From contig CM052817.1 in NCBI GenBank assembly GCA_028534125.1, positions 87,360,001 to 87,424,000 of the forward strand: a stretch of DNA of 64,000 bases, read 5' to 3'. A program made the position numbers and the translations under genes. A model generated the notes under the pieces. The model had not been told where the DNA came from. It worked only from the letters and a program-made list of their open reading frames with translations, and ran no database searches. Each line of letters begins with the position of its first letter. Position 1 is the first letter of the stretch. Source of the DNA: Lama glama (Eukaryota). Positions 37,096-49,960 of the stretch are shown here, piece by piece.

Positions 37096-40000
37096 TGTTA
37101 TTATTAATATTGTTATTCATGTTTATCTATCATTGAAAAGTGGGGTGGGTATCCAAATCCTGTAAACTTCGGTGATAATTGCATAATTATTATTATGCAT
37201 ATTATGTGTATTATGCATAATCACAGATCATCATATACATAATTCCCCACCCGGTTTCCAATAGTCATCCGCTATTTATTTACTGAGTGCTTTCCATCTG
37301 TTGATAAGGGTCTTCTCCCACCTACATTAAATGCGTCTAACACTCTCAACAGATGGAGAGTACATACAGAAAAGGGCCCTATTAGAGCTTGTCTTGTTTG
37401 CCTTTCCCCTCCCCAATGAGTACTCTAGTCACAGGAATCAGTCTCCGCCTTCAAGTCATTTTCAATAACTCCTTCCCTTGTTCCAATTTTTTGAAATTAT
37501 AATATCTGAAGAGCTAAAGAATGAGACATAGTATTAGGGGTCAGGGCAGGGGGCATGGGAAACTGAAAGAAAGACTGTCTAAAATTCAGCATGCAGTCAG
37601 TAGAAGGATGACAATTCAGTTTTCTGCTTGGTTGAGATTTTGTTTCTGATCCAGGGATTAGAGAAAGAGGGAAGGAATAAAGGTCTTTCTATCTACTTTC
37701 TGGCAGGCAGGCACACGAGCAGCATCATACTGATTGTATATTTAATCCACTCCCCTTGGCCTTGTACTTAATGGAAATTCCTCTCCTATTCTGACAATAA
37801 GTTGACAGTGAGTCCCAGTTCCCAGTGTTGTGCAATTTCATCTTTTTAAGTCTCTTCCTAACTACTTTAGTGAAAAGGTGGAGGAGGCTGTTTCAAGGAC
37901 TGCTAGCCAGATGACATTTAAAACTGGAAATGAAAGTCTAGGTTTTTGAGTTTCCAATATATCTGTGTATTCTGTATAAGAAATAATTTGTCCCACAACA
38001 AAGCGGATGTGCTACAATCTGACCTCATTAAAAAAAAAGCTGAAGTATTAAAGCTAAATAAATAGGATATGTATTTGCTAAATTTCCAATGAGATCTCCA
38101 TTGTTTTTTTCTTTCTTTAACCTGTGTATCATTTATAAACTTTTCTAATGCACTCTTCAAGTCAATTACCATGACAGGTACAAGTTACTGAATAAAAGAG
38201 AAGTTATTTGACACCTTTAGTATGGCTGTATTTTTCCAGGATAGGATTGGATCTCTTTTTAAATTAAAATGTAAAAATTAAACACAAACCACTTATCTTG
38301 TTTCCTATGCTTACAAAGACCAGTTCTTGAAATGCTTTTAATTCAGTTAAGATATTAATAAATATTAATGGAGAATCAGCTGTTTTTTCCTGCACTGTTC
38401 CAGGCACTGCATTCAGGAGTAAATAAAACAAATACTGCCCACAAGGAACTTCTGCGTTCCATTTTCTGTGTCTCTGCTAAGTCTTCATACATCCTTCAAT
38501 TTTCACGTCCAATGCTGCTTTTCCCAACCTGTCTGCTCATTCTTAATTTTAAGCTCTTTGAAGGTGAAAACCATATTTATACCTTTATAAATTCCCAATT
38601 TAATTCCTCAATATGTGCTTATTAAACAGAATCAAATTTAACTACATAGCTGTGCTTTCAACAGAAAATGGCATTTTTGAGTGTCCTTGCTTTTGTCCTT
38701 TAAGAAAAGTTTCTCTTTCTGTGATCTGTCCTTGAAGTAAATAGTTGTAATTATCAAATAGGAAATATCCGTATCTCAGGTTATTTATTATTATTGGGGA
38801 TTAAATTTTTCATAAATGTAGCTAAAACATTACAGAACTTTGTTAAGTAATATTAGGAAATCAGTTTATGAATTCTAATGAATCTGAGAAATATTTAAAT
38901 AATTCATAAGTACACTCAAAATACACACTCACACACATGCACACACATATCTTCAGATTAGCTGATAATAATAGCAATGTTCAAAACAGTGGTTAAGTTT
39001 ATGAAGCTTATAAATTTATGGAACTCAGCATCAGATTAATATAAAAAGTGAGAGAGGTGCTAATAGAAAAACTCAAAAACATTACACGACTTTTGGAACT
39101 TTATCTCACAATTCTTGAATTAAATCACAAAAGAAGCCATTATTCATAATTAGGTGTGTATTTTCATAATGTCTCAATTCCAGTGTGTGAGAATTGCCTT
39201 TTCTTCTTAGCAACTGATTTTTTTTTTCTAAAATAAAGTTTAGTTTTCGTTCTGCTAATAAACTGAGGCACAGATGTGTGGCCAAATTCTACAATGCAAA
39301 CAAGTTCTTAGACTGCATTATTGAATCAGGTTTGTTTTGTCTTATCATTTCAGTTTTCTTTTGTCTTGACTAGTAGTATTCACTGCTGTATTTCATGCAT
39401 TTTTCAAGCTGTTTTCCATCCATTTTGTAAGAGATAAGGTATCAGTCATTAAATAAAACAGGGAAAAATAAATATAAAATTCAGGTAATTTTTAAAATGA
39501 ACTAATATATTACAGATCATAGTATATGCCTAAGGTAGGATTAATACACACAGGAATTATGTATTCCAAAAAAGTAGTCAGAATTAAATATAAAAACAAT
39601 TACATCACTAAGTCACACCCTCTCATACAACTAAACAGATCAAAATAATTCATCAGTTTCAGGCATTTACTAGGGAGAAACATTAAAGTAATACTCTTAA
39701 ATATAGATCTCTAACAAATTTCACAAGGAAAACTTACAACTATCCCTATGTCAATTTAACTAATTTTGCTAGAGTAATATCTGATATCAGTAAGATCATA
39801 CTGAGTAAGTTTCCTCTGGTAGCAGACTTTGCTTGGCTATAAATCCTGTAATTTAAAGATCATAGTATTATCATTTAATAATAAAAGAAGAAATAAAGAG
39901 TAGTCCCAAGAGGCGTGCTAGGAGCTAGACATTATCATGTTTGTTTAGTGGAGCATGCGCTTTGGGCGCTGCCTCAGCTGTGACTGTCGATGGACAGTGA

Positions 40001-40321
40001 GAAGAAAGGTACTCACAACTACACACACCAGCATGAGAAGGCTTTCAGGAGGAGGCCCGTCCGAGAGCTTCAGAGCTGAGGGCCTCCCACTTGGAGGCCA
40101 CAGTGCCCCTGGGGAAGGTAAGGTCTTATTGATCTTCTAAAGCATAAAATAAAATTAACAAAGAGCCAAACAATGGAAACTGATTCTATAACACTATTTC
40201 TATTCTTGCAGGAGATGAGGGCAGGGGAGTCTTAAGTGTGACAACAGTTAAACATTGAGACTCCAACAGATAGGATTGTTGGCAGTAGCATCAGTGAAAG
40301 GGTCAGTAACCAAAAACAAAG

Positions 40322-40708
40322 CACACTGGATTCTTCTCCAGGAAACAGAACCTATAGGCTATACGTATACATAGAAAGACAAACTTATTTCAAGGAATTG
40401 GCTTATATGATTACGGAGGCCAGCAAGTACAAAGCCTGCAAGGTGGGCTGGCTAGAAACTTAGGAAGAGTCAGTGCTGCAATTCAGTTCGGAAGGCTGGA
40501 TACCGGCAGAATTTCTTCTTGCTCTGGGAAGGTCAGTCTTTTGTTCTATTCAGGCCTTCAGCTGATTGAATGAGGGAGGGCAATCTGCTTTACTCAAAGT
40601 CTACTGATGAAACTATTAATCTCATCCAAAAACATCTTTAGAGAAAAATCCAGAATAACATTTGAGCACTGTGCTCCAGCCAGGTTGACACATAAAATTA
40701 AACATTAA
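40322..40708 (-). mobile_element. ERVL solo LTR (MLT2B-like)
   Basis: TTCTCCAGGAAACAGAACC...AAGGAATTGGCTTAT...GAGGGCAATCTGCTTTACTCAAAGTCTACTGAT...CCAGCCAGGTTGACACATAAAATTAA is antisense MLT2. Confidence 0.9.
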
Positions 40709-41029
40709 TTAATCATACTGGGCCAGACCTAGAAAAAATTAAAACATTTACTCCAATAAATTTTAAGCCCTATTTCTTACTGTTTTTAAAAGCAGGGCAA
40801 CAATAAATGGTTCGAAGTAAGAGACCAAAAAGGGACCCACAAGAGCTCAAGTTCTAATGACCTAGCCGATGACAAATGTAATGAGTCTGACTGGTGAGTA
40901 GGTACATTTGTCCTTAATGTTGCTACCATTATACATCCAGGCTGATGCTATTTATCCATCACATGAGAACAGTTATTATATTGACAAATGTATAAATGAA
41001 TAAAATAATTTCATTTACTTGCTTGAATC

Positions 41030-41495
41030 TGTATCATGGCTTCCCTTAGAGCTTCAATTATGATCCACATTCAAAACATGGCCTAAATTCCTTTTGACAG
41101 TGGTGCCCTGTTCACCTCTTGAATTCATCTCTTGCCACTTTTCCTACTGATCTCTGTTTCAGCTAATTTCTAGAAAATAACAATCATTTTCTAACTCAGG
41201 AATTTTGAACAAATTGTTCCCTTTGCCTAGACAAACATCAGCATTCATTAATGACCAGCACCTCCTCATTTACTCAGTCTAGGTTCAAATGATGTTTGTC
41301 TCGAGAGGAATGCCCCAATTCCAAGCCTCATTTAGTCCTCTTCTCTCTCATAGCCCCACTTATACACATAGCTTTTATCACAATTTTTAATACATATTTA
41401 CATTTATTTGTTTAATATTTTTCTGACAGGCTGTTTTATTCACTGCTGTATTTTTAAAGCTTGGCACAATTTCTTGTAAGTAACTCAATAATCAT
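41030..41495 (+). mobile_element. L2 3' region
   Basis: ATGGCTTCCC...CTCAGGAATTTTGAAC...TGTTCCCTTTGCCTAG...TGTTTTATTCACTGCTGTAT. Confidence 0.7.
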
Positions 41496-41781
41496 ATTTA
41501 ACTAATTTATAGTTCATTTTTAAGCACCTAATACACCAAGATGTTTTATGTATTAACTGCTGAATAGTGTGCCAAATGTTTAGTTATATTAATAATATCA
41601 AAGACTACAACTATTCCTGTTAAATATTTCTTTTCAGTCTAATAATCAAACACATCAAAAATTTTAAATTTTGAATTTTATCATCCATGTATTTAATACC
41701 CATTATAAATTTAGACTAATTTCAAACTTTATAAACATGTTCTTTATGCAATTTTCTCCAGCCACTTGAATGTGTAAATCA

Positions 41782-44720
41782 GGGGACTTCCAGTTGAAAT
41801 AATTTGATGAACTTGTTTGTTGAGCTCCCTCTCTGTCTCAACAAACAGCAATAAAAAAGTAAAAGAGAAAAAGATGGCAAATTAAGAAAGCATTGACAAT
41901 CTAAAAAGTCTAAGATAAATAGTTTCGTGAACTATTATGTAAGTGATCCAGAAAGTTCAAACCCATGAGCTAATAACTGATTCAGAAAAGGCAAATGGCT
42001 CAAAGAAAGATAAAGAGAATAAATATTTTTCATGAGGAACAAGAGACTAAAAACAGGCTCAGTGATTAAACTGGAACCACAATATACACAGGCTTAATGA
42101 CTAAAACTTTTCAGAATTACAGAAATGAGTAAATAAACTCAGTTTGAAAGTTGATACTGAGTTCTAAAGAAGACAAATAAAAACACATCCATAACTAGGT
42201 ACTCGATAATGAAACAGTAAAACAACAAAAGAAAAAGAAAATTCTTGAAGGCTACCAGATGAAAAACAACATTATTTTTCTGTAAAATCACAATGATTAG
42301 ATGACAGCAGGATTTTCTTTTACACTAACAACAGAGAGAGAACAAAACATAATATTTCTACATGTTTAAAGAACATGTTATGATTCAGAATTAACTTCCC
42401 AGCTAAGTTGCTGTACAAAAGTCTGGACAAATCTTCTGTGCTTGTTAGATTGTTCCAATGAATAAAGCATAAGAGATACTCTAAAAATCTTTTTTTCCTA
42501 AGGATTCTTAAAAGTTAAGGTCTGAAAACTATCAAATGAAGTTTAAAAGAAAGTGGAGATCTCATAAAATAAAAAATAAAGGATCTCTAATAAACAGGAA
42601 GTTAAAAAGAAAGAGTTAGGAGCCAAGGTTGTGATGGGGTCTATGTGCCTAGTTTGGTAAAGAAGCGGCTGGCCTTCCCACAGTGGATGTGGGACAGGAG
42701 ACAGGGCTGAGCTAGAACAGATTGGGAAGGCAGAACTGACAGTCACCAGGTCAAGTGTGACTCTAGAAGAGCTAGTGAATAGATAAATAAAGAAAAAAAT
42801 CTGGCCATCCACAGAAAACAATAAACAAACATATCACAGTCTTATTTACAAAAGTATACCTAAATATCTCCTAAGGAAACTATACAAAACCAGATGTAGA
42901 GGTCGCTTTAATAAACATAAAGATACACTGTTATCAGAAACATGTCAATATAATATATCAGGTTATTTTAAAAGTTACATGGTCAGTTAAAAGGACTCAG
43001 AAAAATAATGTATAAAGACATTCATGATATAAAACCTTTGTAAACTGTGAAGAGAAGCTTAGTAAACTAGAAGAGATTGCTTTATCTTCACGGAGTGTAG
43101 TGCATACATCATTCTCAAAGCAAAACTCTATAAACATATTAAAGTTAGGAACAGGAAAAGGATGCCCAGTATCACCCCCATTATTGAATGCATTACTGGT
43201 CCTAGATAACATAAAAAAAGCAATAAAAATAAATTAAATACAACGATTGTAAAGTTAGTCATTTAAAGATGATATGATTGTGAACATATATAATCTAATG
43301 AAATCTAGAAGCAATAAGAATTAATCAGAAATTTCAGCAAGGTTGCAAGATATAAGATCAAGATCCAGAAATCAATACCACTTCTACACACCAGAAAAAA
43401 CAATGTTAAAATGTAATAATAAAATAAAATCCTATTCTGCAATAACAGCAAAAATTATGTTACCTACTAATAAATTTAATGAAAGATATTTATAGAGAAA
43501 ATTATGAAATGTTACTGAAGGAACAAAAAAATCTAAACAGAGAAATGCTCTCCTTGCCTAAATGGAAATCATCTTTATTTTAGAGATTTTTTCCCTCTGA
43601 TAGTTTATCTATAAACTCAGAGAAATTAAAACCCACACTTTTTAAATGGAATGAACTTACTTGATGTAAATGGCTAAGAATTATCAAAAATATAAAGAAT
43701 AATTAAGTGGGAGGTGGAAAAAAGATATAAAGAATTATTATGAAGTCAAAAAATTTGGATAGTTTGCTATTGATACAATTTTATAGATAAATATACCTAA
43801 AGAATATACAGAGAACCCATAACACAGCATGTATATACTGAAACTTAGTATGTAACAGCAGACATTAAAAAAAAATCAATACTCACCAAGACTATTGTAG
43901 GTCAATTGGCCAGTACCTAGAAAGTAAAATACAATTCTATACTATTCCAACAACATATGTAAATTTATTTCAGACATATTAAGATCTAAACTGAAAATAA
44001 ATTCTTTAAACTTACATTAGAAATGTAGAGAAAAATCTCTATAATCTTAGGTTAGGAAAGATTCCTTAAGCAAAATACAAAAGTACCAACCATGAAAGGA
44101 AAATTGTATAAATTTTGACTACCAATGAATATTTCTGTCCATCAAAATGTCAAAAGATACTCTAAACAAAATAAAAAAGACAAGCTACAGACTTTGAGAT
44201 GATGATTGCAAGGCATTGGAGAGTCAAAGATTTGTAGTCAGATTATAAAACAAATTCCAAAATAATAGAAGAACAAATAATGCCAATAAAAAAGAAAAAG
44301 CATGAAAAGACCATCTACAAAAGTGAAACTATGAATACAAAATAAATGTGAAAAGTTGTCAAACTCAGTATTAATCAGGAAACTAATTTGAAATATCCCA
44401 TTTCATCTCTATCAGATTTGATTCCATAACTTAGGAAAGATAATAAATGTGGGATAATACTGCTGGTGGGACTACACATTGTTATGTCCACTTTAGGGAG
44501 AAATTGAGCACCAATTGGTATAGTTGGAGATATGCCAACAAAAGTTGACATTTCCATTTAAAAGTATGTATCTAAAGAAAAGAGTATATATGTTTCACTA
44601 AAACTCTTGTACATGTATACAAGAAGATCTATACAGAAATTTTTACTGCATCATTATTTGTAATAGAAAAACCTATTGGAAATATATGTTTATCAGTAAG
44701 AGAATGGATGAATAGCTATA
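41782..44720 (+). mobile_element. Very old L1 (L1M/L1ME-like): 5'/ORF1 remnant plus decayed ORF2
   Basis: GGAACAGGAAAAGGATGCCCAGTATCACCCCCATTATTG resembles GTRQGCPLSPLLF; TTTAAAGATGATATGATTGTG resembles FADDMIV; TTCAGCAAGGTTGCAAGATATAAGATC resembles FSKVAGYKI. Many stops; may be more than one element. Confidence 0.8.
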
Positions 44721-45040
44721 TGCATATGAATGAATAGCTCATCTGTATGCATGTTTTCCTTTGTACTCATGTACATAGAGTCAAACTAAGCACATCATTT
44801 CATGCCACTATGATCACCAGGCAGTGTATGACTAAAACTTTTTACTTGATTGTATGGTTTTCCTTTTTTTCTGATCTTCATTTTTATTATTTGTGATAGC
44901 CCCAAAGTGGCCCCAGTGATGCCTGCCAACTGTTGTGCAGTCTCCTGCAACATCTACCAGGGTTGGGCTGTGTGACCTAGAGAATACTGCAGAAGTAAAG
45001 TTATGTCAACTTCTGATGTTATACAAGACCTTGTAGTTTG

Positions 45041-45113
45041 CTCCCTTCCTTCCTTCCTTTCCTTCCTTCCTTTCCTTCCTTCCTTCCCTTCCTTCCCTTC
45101 CTCTCTTTCTTTT

Positions 45114-45205
<92 letters not shown>

Positions 45206-45319
45206 TCCTTCCTTCCTTCCTTCCTTCTTTCTTTTTCTTTCCTTTCTTTCTTTCTTTCTCTTTCCTCCCTCCCTCCCTCCCTTCCTTCCTTCCTTCCTTC
45301 CTCCCTCCCTTCCTTCCTC
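45041..45319 (+). repeat. Compound polypyrimidine microsatellite (CCTT)n/(TTTC)n/(CCCT)n
   Basis: Directly visible; about 280 bp of C/T only. Confidence 0.97.
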
Positions 45320-45380
45320 AGATGCTATGTCTTGAGGACACTCAGGGCAGCCCAGTGAAGATGATCATGGTAACAAACTG

Positions 45381-45480
45381 NNNNNNNNNNNNNNNNNNNN
45401 NNNNNNNNNNNNNNNNNNNNNNNNNNNNNNNNNNNNNNNNNNNNNNNNNNNNNNNNNNNNNNNNNNNNNNNNNNNNNNNN
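45381..45480. other. Assembly gap (100 N)
   Basis: Run of N. Confidence 1.
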
Positions 45481-45569
45481 AGAAACTATGAAGTAAAAAT
45501 ATTTATTGCTTTAAGTCACTAAGTTTTGGAATTATTTGCTAAGCAGCAATCACTAATGCTTTCCTTTTC

Positions 45570-46620
45570 ACCTTAGACACCCATGCTATGTGTTTGATAT
45601 TGACTTTTTGTGAGTATATATCCTTGAAAGATACAAAATGTTGCTTTTTGTACATGTGTTTTTAATTTATAAATTTATTAAAATGCTGTTGCAGTATAGA
45701 TGCTATTCTGTTTCATTTTCATGTTTTTAAGGTCTACCAGTTTTGCTTTATAACTGGTATTATTTTTCTCTAAATGCAGAAGAGCATCTTCTAGTCTGCA
45801 TTCTCCATGACTCATCTTCCTGCATATCCCTTTAAAGACGCATGACTAGTTTTCTCAAAGATTATATATACCCTGAAAGGAATTGCTGGGTCATAGTATA
45901 TGCTTCCCGTTTTCTTTTTGAAGACTGATTTCATTGCCTCCCATCTCTTCCTTATTCTCATAAATGTATCTATGTTTAATTTACTGTTTCATTAGATAAC
46001 ATATTGATATAAGGCAACATTTAAAAGTTGAAGTTTGCATTACTGCTACTTCCATCAGCCTCACATTTCTTCTCCCCAGAAGGCAAACTCTTTAGGAATC
46101 TGATTAAAATGATGTTTTGTATAGACAAACAAATACAGATTCTTTACATTTTCACCCAAGTAGAGCACATTAAACACATTGTTTCACACTGAGCTATTTT
46201 TTTTTTTACTTTTTATCTTGAAGAAGTTTCTACTTTAGAATGTAAATGATTATTCTTTATACAAGTACATGGCATATCATTGTTTGATTTTATCATAATT
46301 ATTTCATAATTTTTTTTAGATGTAGTTGATTAATTCCCATTTTTTGAACTTTCAAATAACCCTGAAAAGAATAATCTTAAGCAGATAAAATCATTTTACA
46401 TACGTGCAAGTTTATTAATAAAATATATGTTTAGAAATATATTTCTAGGTCAAAGGGTAAGTGCATTTATATGTAAGAGAGATATTCATATTTAAATGGG
46501 TATCTCCCTATAAAAGTATCAACTTACATATATCAGAGGATCAATGCTTGAGTTTACAAGTTCCTCATTATCTTCCCCTGCCGAAGTGTGAATTCAAACT
46601 TTTAAATTCATTTTGTTTGC
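45570..46620 (-). mobile_element. Old L1 (L1ME-like) 3' region, resuming at ~47567-48150
   Basis: GGAATTGCTGGGTCATAG and TTTCTAGGTCAAAGGGTAAGTGCATTT motifs. The later CCATTTATACAGGATCTTCTTT resembles antisense ORF2. Probably two fragments. Confidence 0.65.
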
Positions 46621-49149
46621 TTAATGTGTGTGTTTGTGTAATGCACACAAATATTGAAACATGTATGTTACTGAAAGGTGTATATGCACATATTCAAAAT
46701 TTAGGCGGTACAGAAAGTGAATGGGGAAAATCAGACTGAGCTCACACCCCTTAGTCACACAGTCATTTCTCCTGTGGCCATGACTATGCTTGTCAGCTAC
46801 ATACATGTATAAGTTTGGGTACATAGATGAATTCCACTTATTTGAGTATATTTGTACTTTTTTCGTATTACAAGAACTGGAGTGAGAAAGCCCTTGTAAA
46901 GCGCTGTTTTAAAAACAGCACCAGATTTCTGTGTAACCACTTATATTAAGACTATATACCTTTACTATCACACAATTCAGCCTCAGGCAAACATCATCAC
47001 TGATGCGGATCTTAACAAAACGATGTATTTTTATTCACTCTCCACTTACTCTAAAAGAGCTCGAGTAAGTAGCTCTACACTACTGCTGCTCATGTTTGAG
47101 CTTGCTTGGATCCAGATGGTCTGGGATCTGCACAACAGTCGTTCTGGGCTCCTCCCCTACGGCCCGTCTGTCATCTCTGTCCAGTCAATGGAAGGGGAGA
47201 TGCAACATCACACAGGATCTTAAATGCATTGTCCCAGAACTTGTGAACATAACCTTTGTTGATTTCCTACTGAAGAAAGTATGCTTACATCGTCATACCT
47301 AATTTCTAAATTTCTAATACAATTTAGTTTTGAACATATATTTCTTTATTACGTGCCCACGTAAAAGCACAGAATAAAGTGCTTTTTTGCCTTTTATTGT
47401 TTTATTGTTGTTGTTGTTAAGCTGTTTACTATGCAAAGTGAGGCCACATTGAAGAGCAGAGGTTGTCTTTGTCATGTTTTAGAGTTTTAACTTTTGCACT
47501 TATACTATAATCCTCACAGAATGTACATTTAGATGTGGTACGAGGAGACACCTGTCTTCTACTTTCGTGATAGGTAATGACTTTTCTCAATTTAATGCTA
47601 CTGTTCTTGACCTACCTATTCCCATTTGTGTGGGAACATTCCTTCAGTTTTCAAATATGTTCCTTTGTTTTCTTTATCCCTGTGCTAATATTAAACTACA
47701 TAAATGTCTTTTTACATATTTATTAAAGCAATTTTCTCAATATATTTTTTTAATTGTTGTTAATTTAAAAACTCATGCCAGAGTTTTATAAAAAGATTTT
47801 TAAATTTCACACATTTACAAACACAGACACAGACATCTATTAAAACTTTCATTAGGAGCCCTTTAAGTAGAACAATTACAAAATGTTAATAATCCTATAT
47901 AAATATATCCCATTTATAAATATGACACATCTGCCCATTTATACAGGATCTTCTTTCATATGTTTAAATAAAACATTCACATTTTTTCCCGTAACTTTTA
48001 TATATGTTCTATTAATAGTTTAAAACTTTATCATTTTATGATGAGTGTATGAACTGCCTTTGTGTCTATTATATATTCTAATAAGTATTTAATGATGAGT
48101 ATGGTTTCTATCATAATCTATCAATAAGACTTCAGTAGCCTTGCTGAAGGCTACTTATGCATTTGCAGTGTCAGGAATGTGATAACTATAGTTAAGTGAA
48201 ATTTAACTTTAAAGATGAAAATACCTGGTTCTGGTTTTGGCTGTACTTTTATTTTTATCTAATCATGCTCAATTTCTTTAACTCTACATGACTTAGTAAA
48301 TTAGACATACTAACACGTGTGCTTTTAATGAATTTACTTAACAATAATATGGTGCAACATATATAATTTCTGTATCTATTATAATAGGCTGTACAACATA
48401 AAATTAATGTAACATTGGTAGTTTGTAGAGTTCAGTTCGGTAAACAGTTATTGAGTGCATGCTATGTCTCCTGTACAAAATAATAAAAGCAACAACAATA
48501 ATAACAAAATCATAAAGGTAAACTGATGTTTTGACTTAAGAAGCTTGCATTCTAGTTCTTTTAAAAGTATTGGGGTGAGTGTTCCACTAAGTACACCTAT
48601 TCGTGGCTTCTGGGGCCTTAAAGTATAATCCTCATCGACTTTATGAGTCTGTTAGTATGAAAACTTCTTACTAAAATTAAGAAGAGCTGATATATTAAGA
48701 AATGTTATTTCTAAATCTAGAAAAAAAAATCAGCTGATTAACTCACCAATTACGTGAAACAAATTTTACCTAATGGTGGGAAAAATCTAAAATACTAGAG
48801 TAATCATTTAACTCATGACCTATATCATTCTTTCCCCCTCCTTCATTGTTTGAGTGTCCTTTCCCTCCACACAATGTCTACATAACAGCATTCGACTACA
48901 GAGTTGAGTATAAAGATCTATCTTTGTATAGTCTCTAAACTTAGTTTTATAATAACTGTAACTTTTCATAAGTTATAGTTCTGAATCTTTTGCTTTAATT
49001 GACAAAATATTTTATTTTTTATACTGTAATAATTTTAACATCTCTACATGAGAGCTGAACTGTGCTTCAAATTTCAGAAACTATTACTAACTGAAAAGCA
49101 GACACAACTACATATGTCCTATAAGAATGTAAATATGTGTCTATCCACA

Positions 49150-49960
49150 GTCTAAACTCATTTTAGTTCTTCTGAAGATAATTTCATGTCTAGTGTTCTT
49201 TATCATTACCCTCCAGTCACTTAGTTAGAACCTTGACAGACATGAGAGAGAGCCTTTCTTTCCCTTAACTCCTAAACATAACTTGCAATTCCATGGGTGC
49301 TCGATTCTAAAGACCTTCTTCAAGCACTTCTATTCATTTCATCCCCACTACCCCTGGCCTATCACAACCCCCATAATATTTCACTTACAGTAACACTAAT
49401 ATCTTAGGCTCTCTGCTACCTTCCTGCACCACTTCATTCAGTCTTTAGTATTGCTGTTAAAATGAATTTAGTTTGTGCATTTGACCTTGTCTCAACCTAC
49501 TGTGATCTTTTAGATTTCCTAGTAGATTAAAAAAAAAAAAACTCTTTGTGACTGAGTCTAGCAAAGCTGTCCAGAATCATCTCGCTGTACTTACCTATGC
49601 ACACTACATTAGAACCAGAATACACCAGGTGTAATAGTCTGTACCTACTCTTACGCTGCTGCCTCTACCTAAATTGCACTTCCTTTTCTCTCCTGAAAAC
49701 TTCTACAAAGCCTTTTGCCATTTCATAAAACAGATTCTCTCCTCTCTATCTCAAAAATGCTTTTCTGACATCCCACGAAGAGCACCAACAGGATTCCATT
49801 TGATTTCTCTCTTTTGTTTGGAATCCTAGATGATGACTCTCTTTGCAGGGATTCATCTTTCTTCTTTAGTCCCTTGCACATTGCTTGGAGCATGTATATA
49901 TATAGATACTTGCTAACAGTACACAATAATGAATATGTTTTCTGTGTTTTCTATTATATG
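49150..49960 (+). mobile_element. L2 fragment
   Basis: CCCTCCAGTCACTTAGTTAGAACCTTGACAG...TTTCATCCCCACTACCCCTGGCCTA...CTGCTGCCTCTACCTAAATTGCACTTCC. Confidence 0.6.

Larger units (their letters stand above)
44892..45560 (+). mobile_element. MaLR LTR (MLT1F-like) containing a microsatellite and an assembly gap
   Basis: TGTGATAGCC...TGGCCCCAGTGAT...GAGGACACTCAGGGCAGCCC...AGAAACTATGA...TTTAAGTCACTAAGTTTTGG...GCAGCAAT. Confidence 0.8.

Noticed and set aside
45003..45358. Phe/Leu/Ser-rich membrane-like ORFs
   Set aside because: Translations of the pyrimidine microsatellite.
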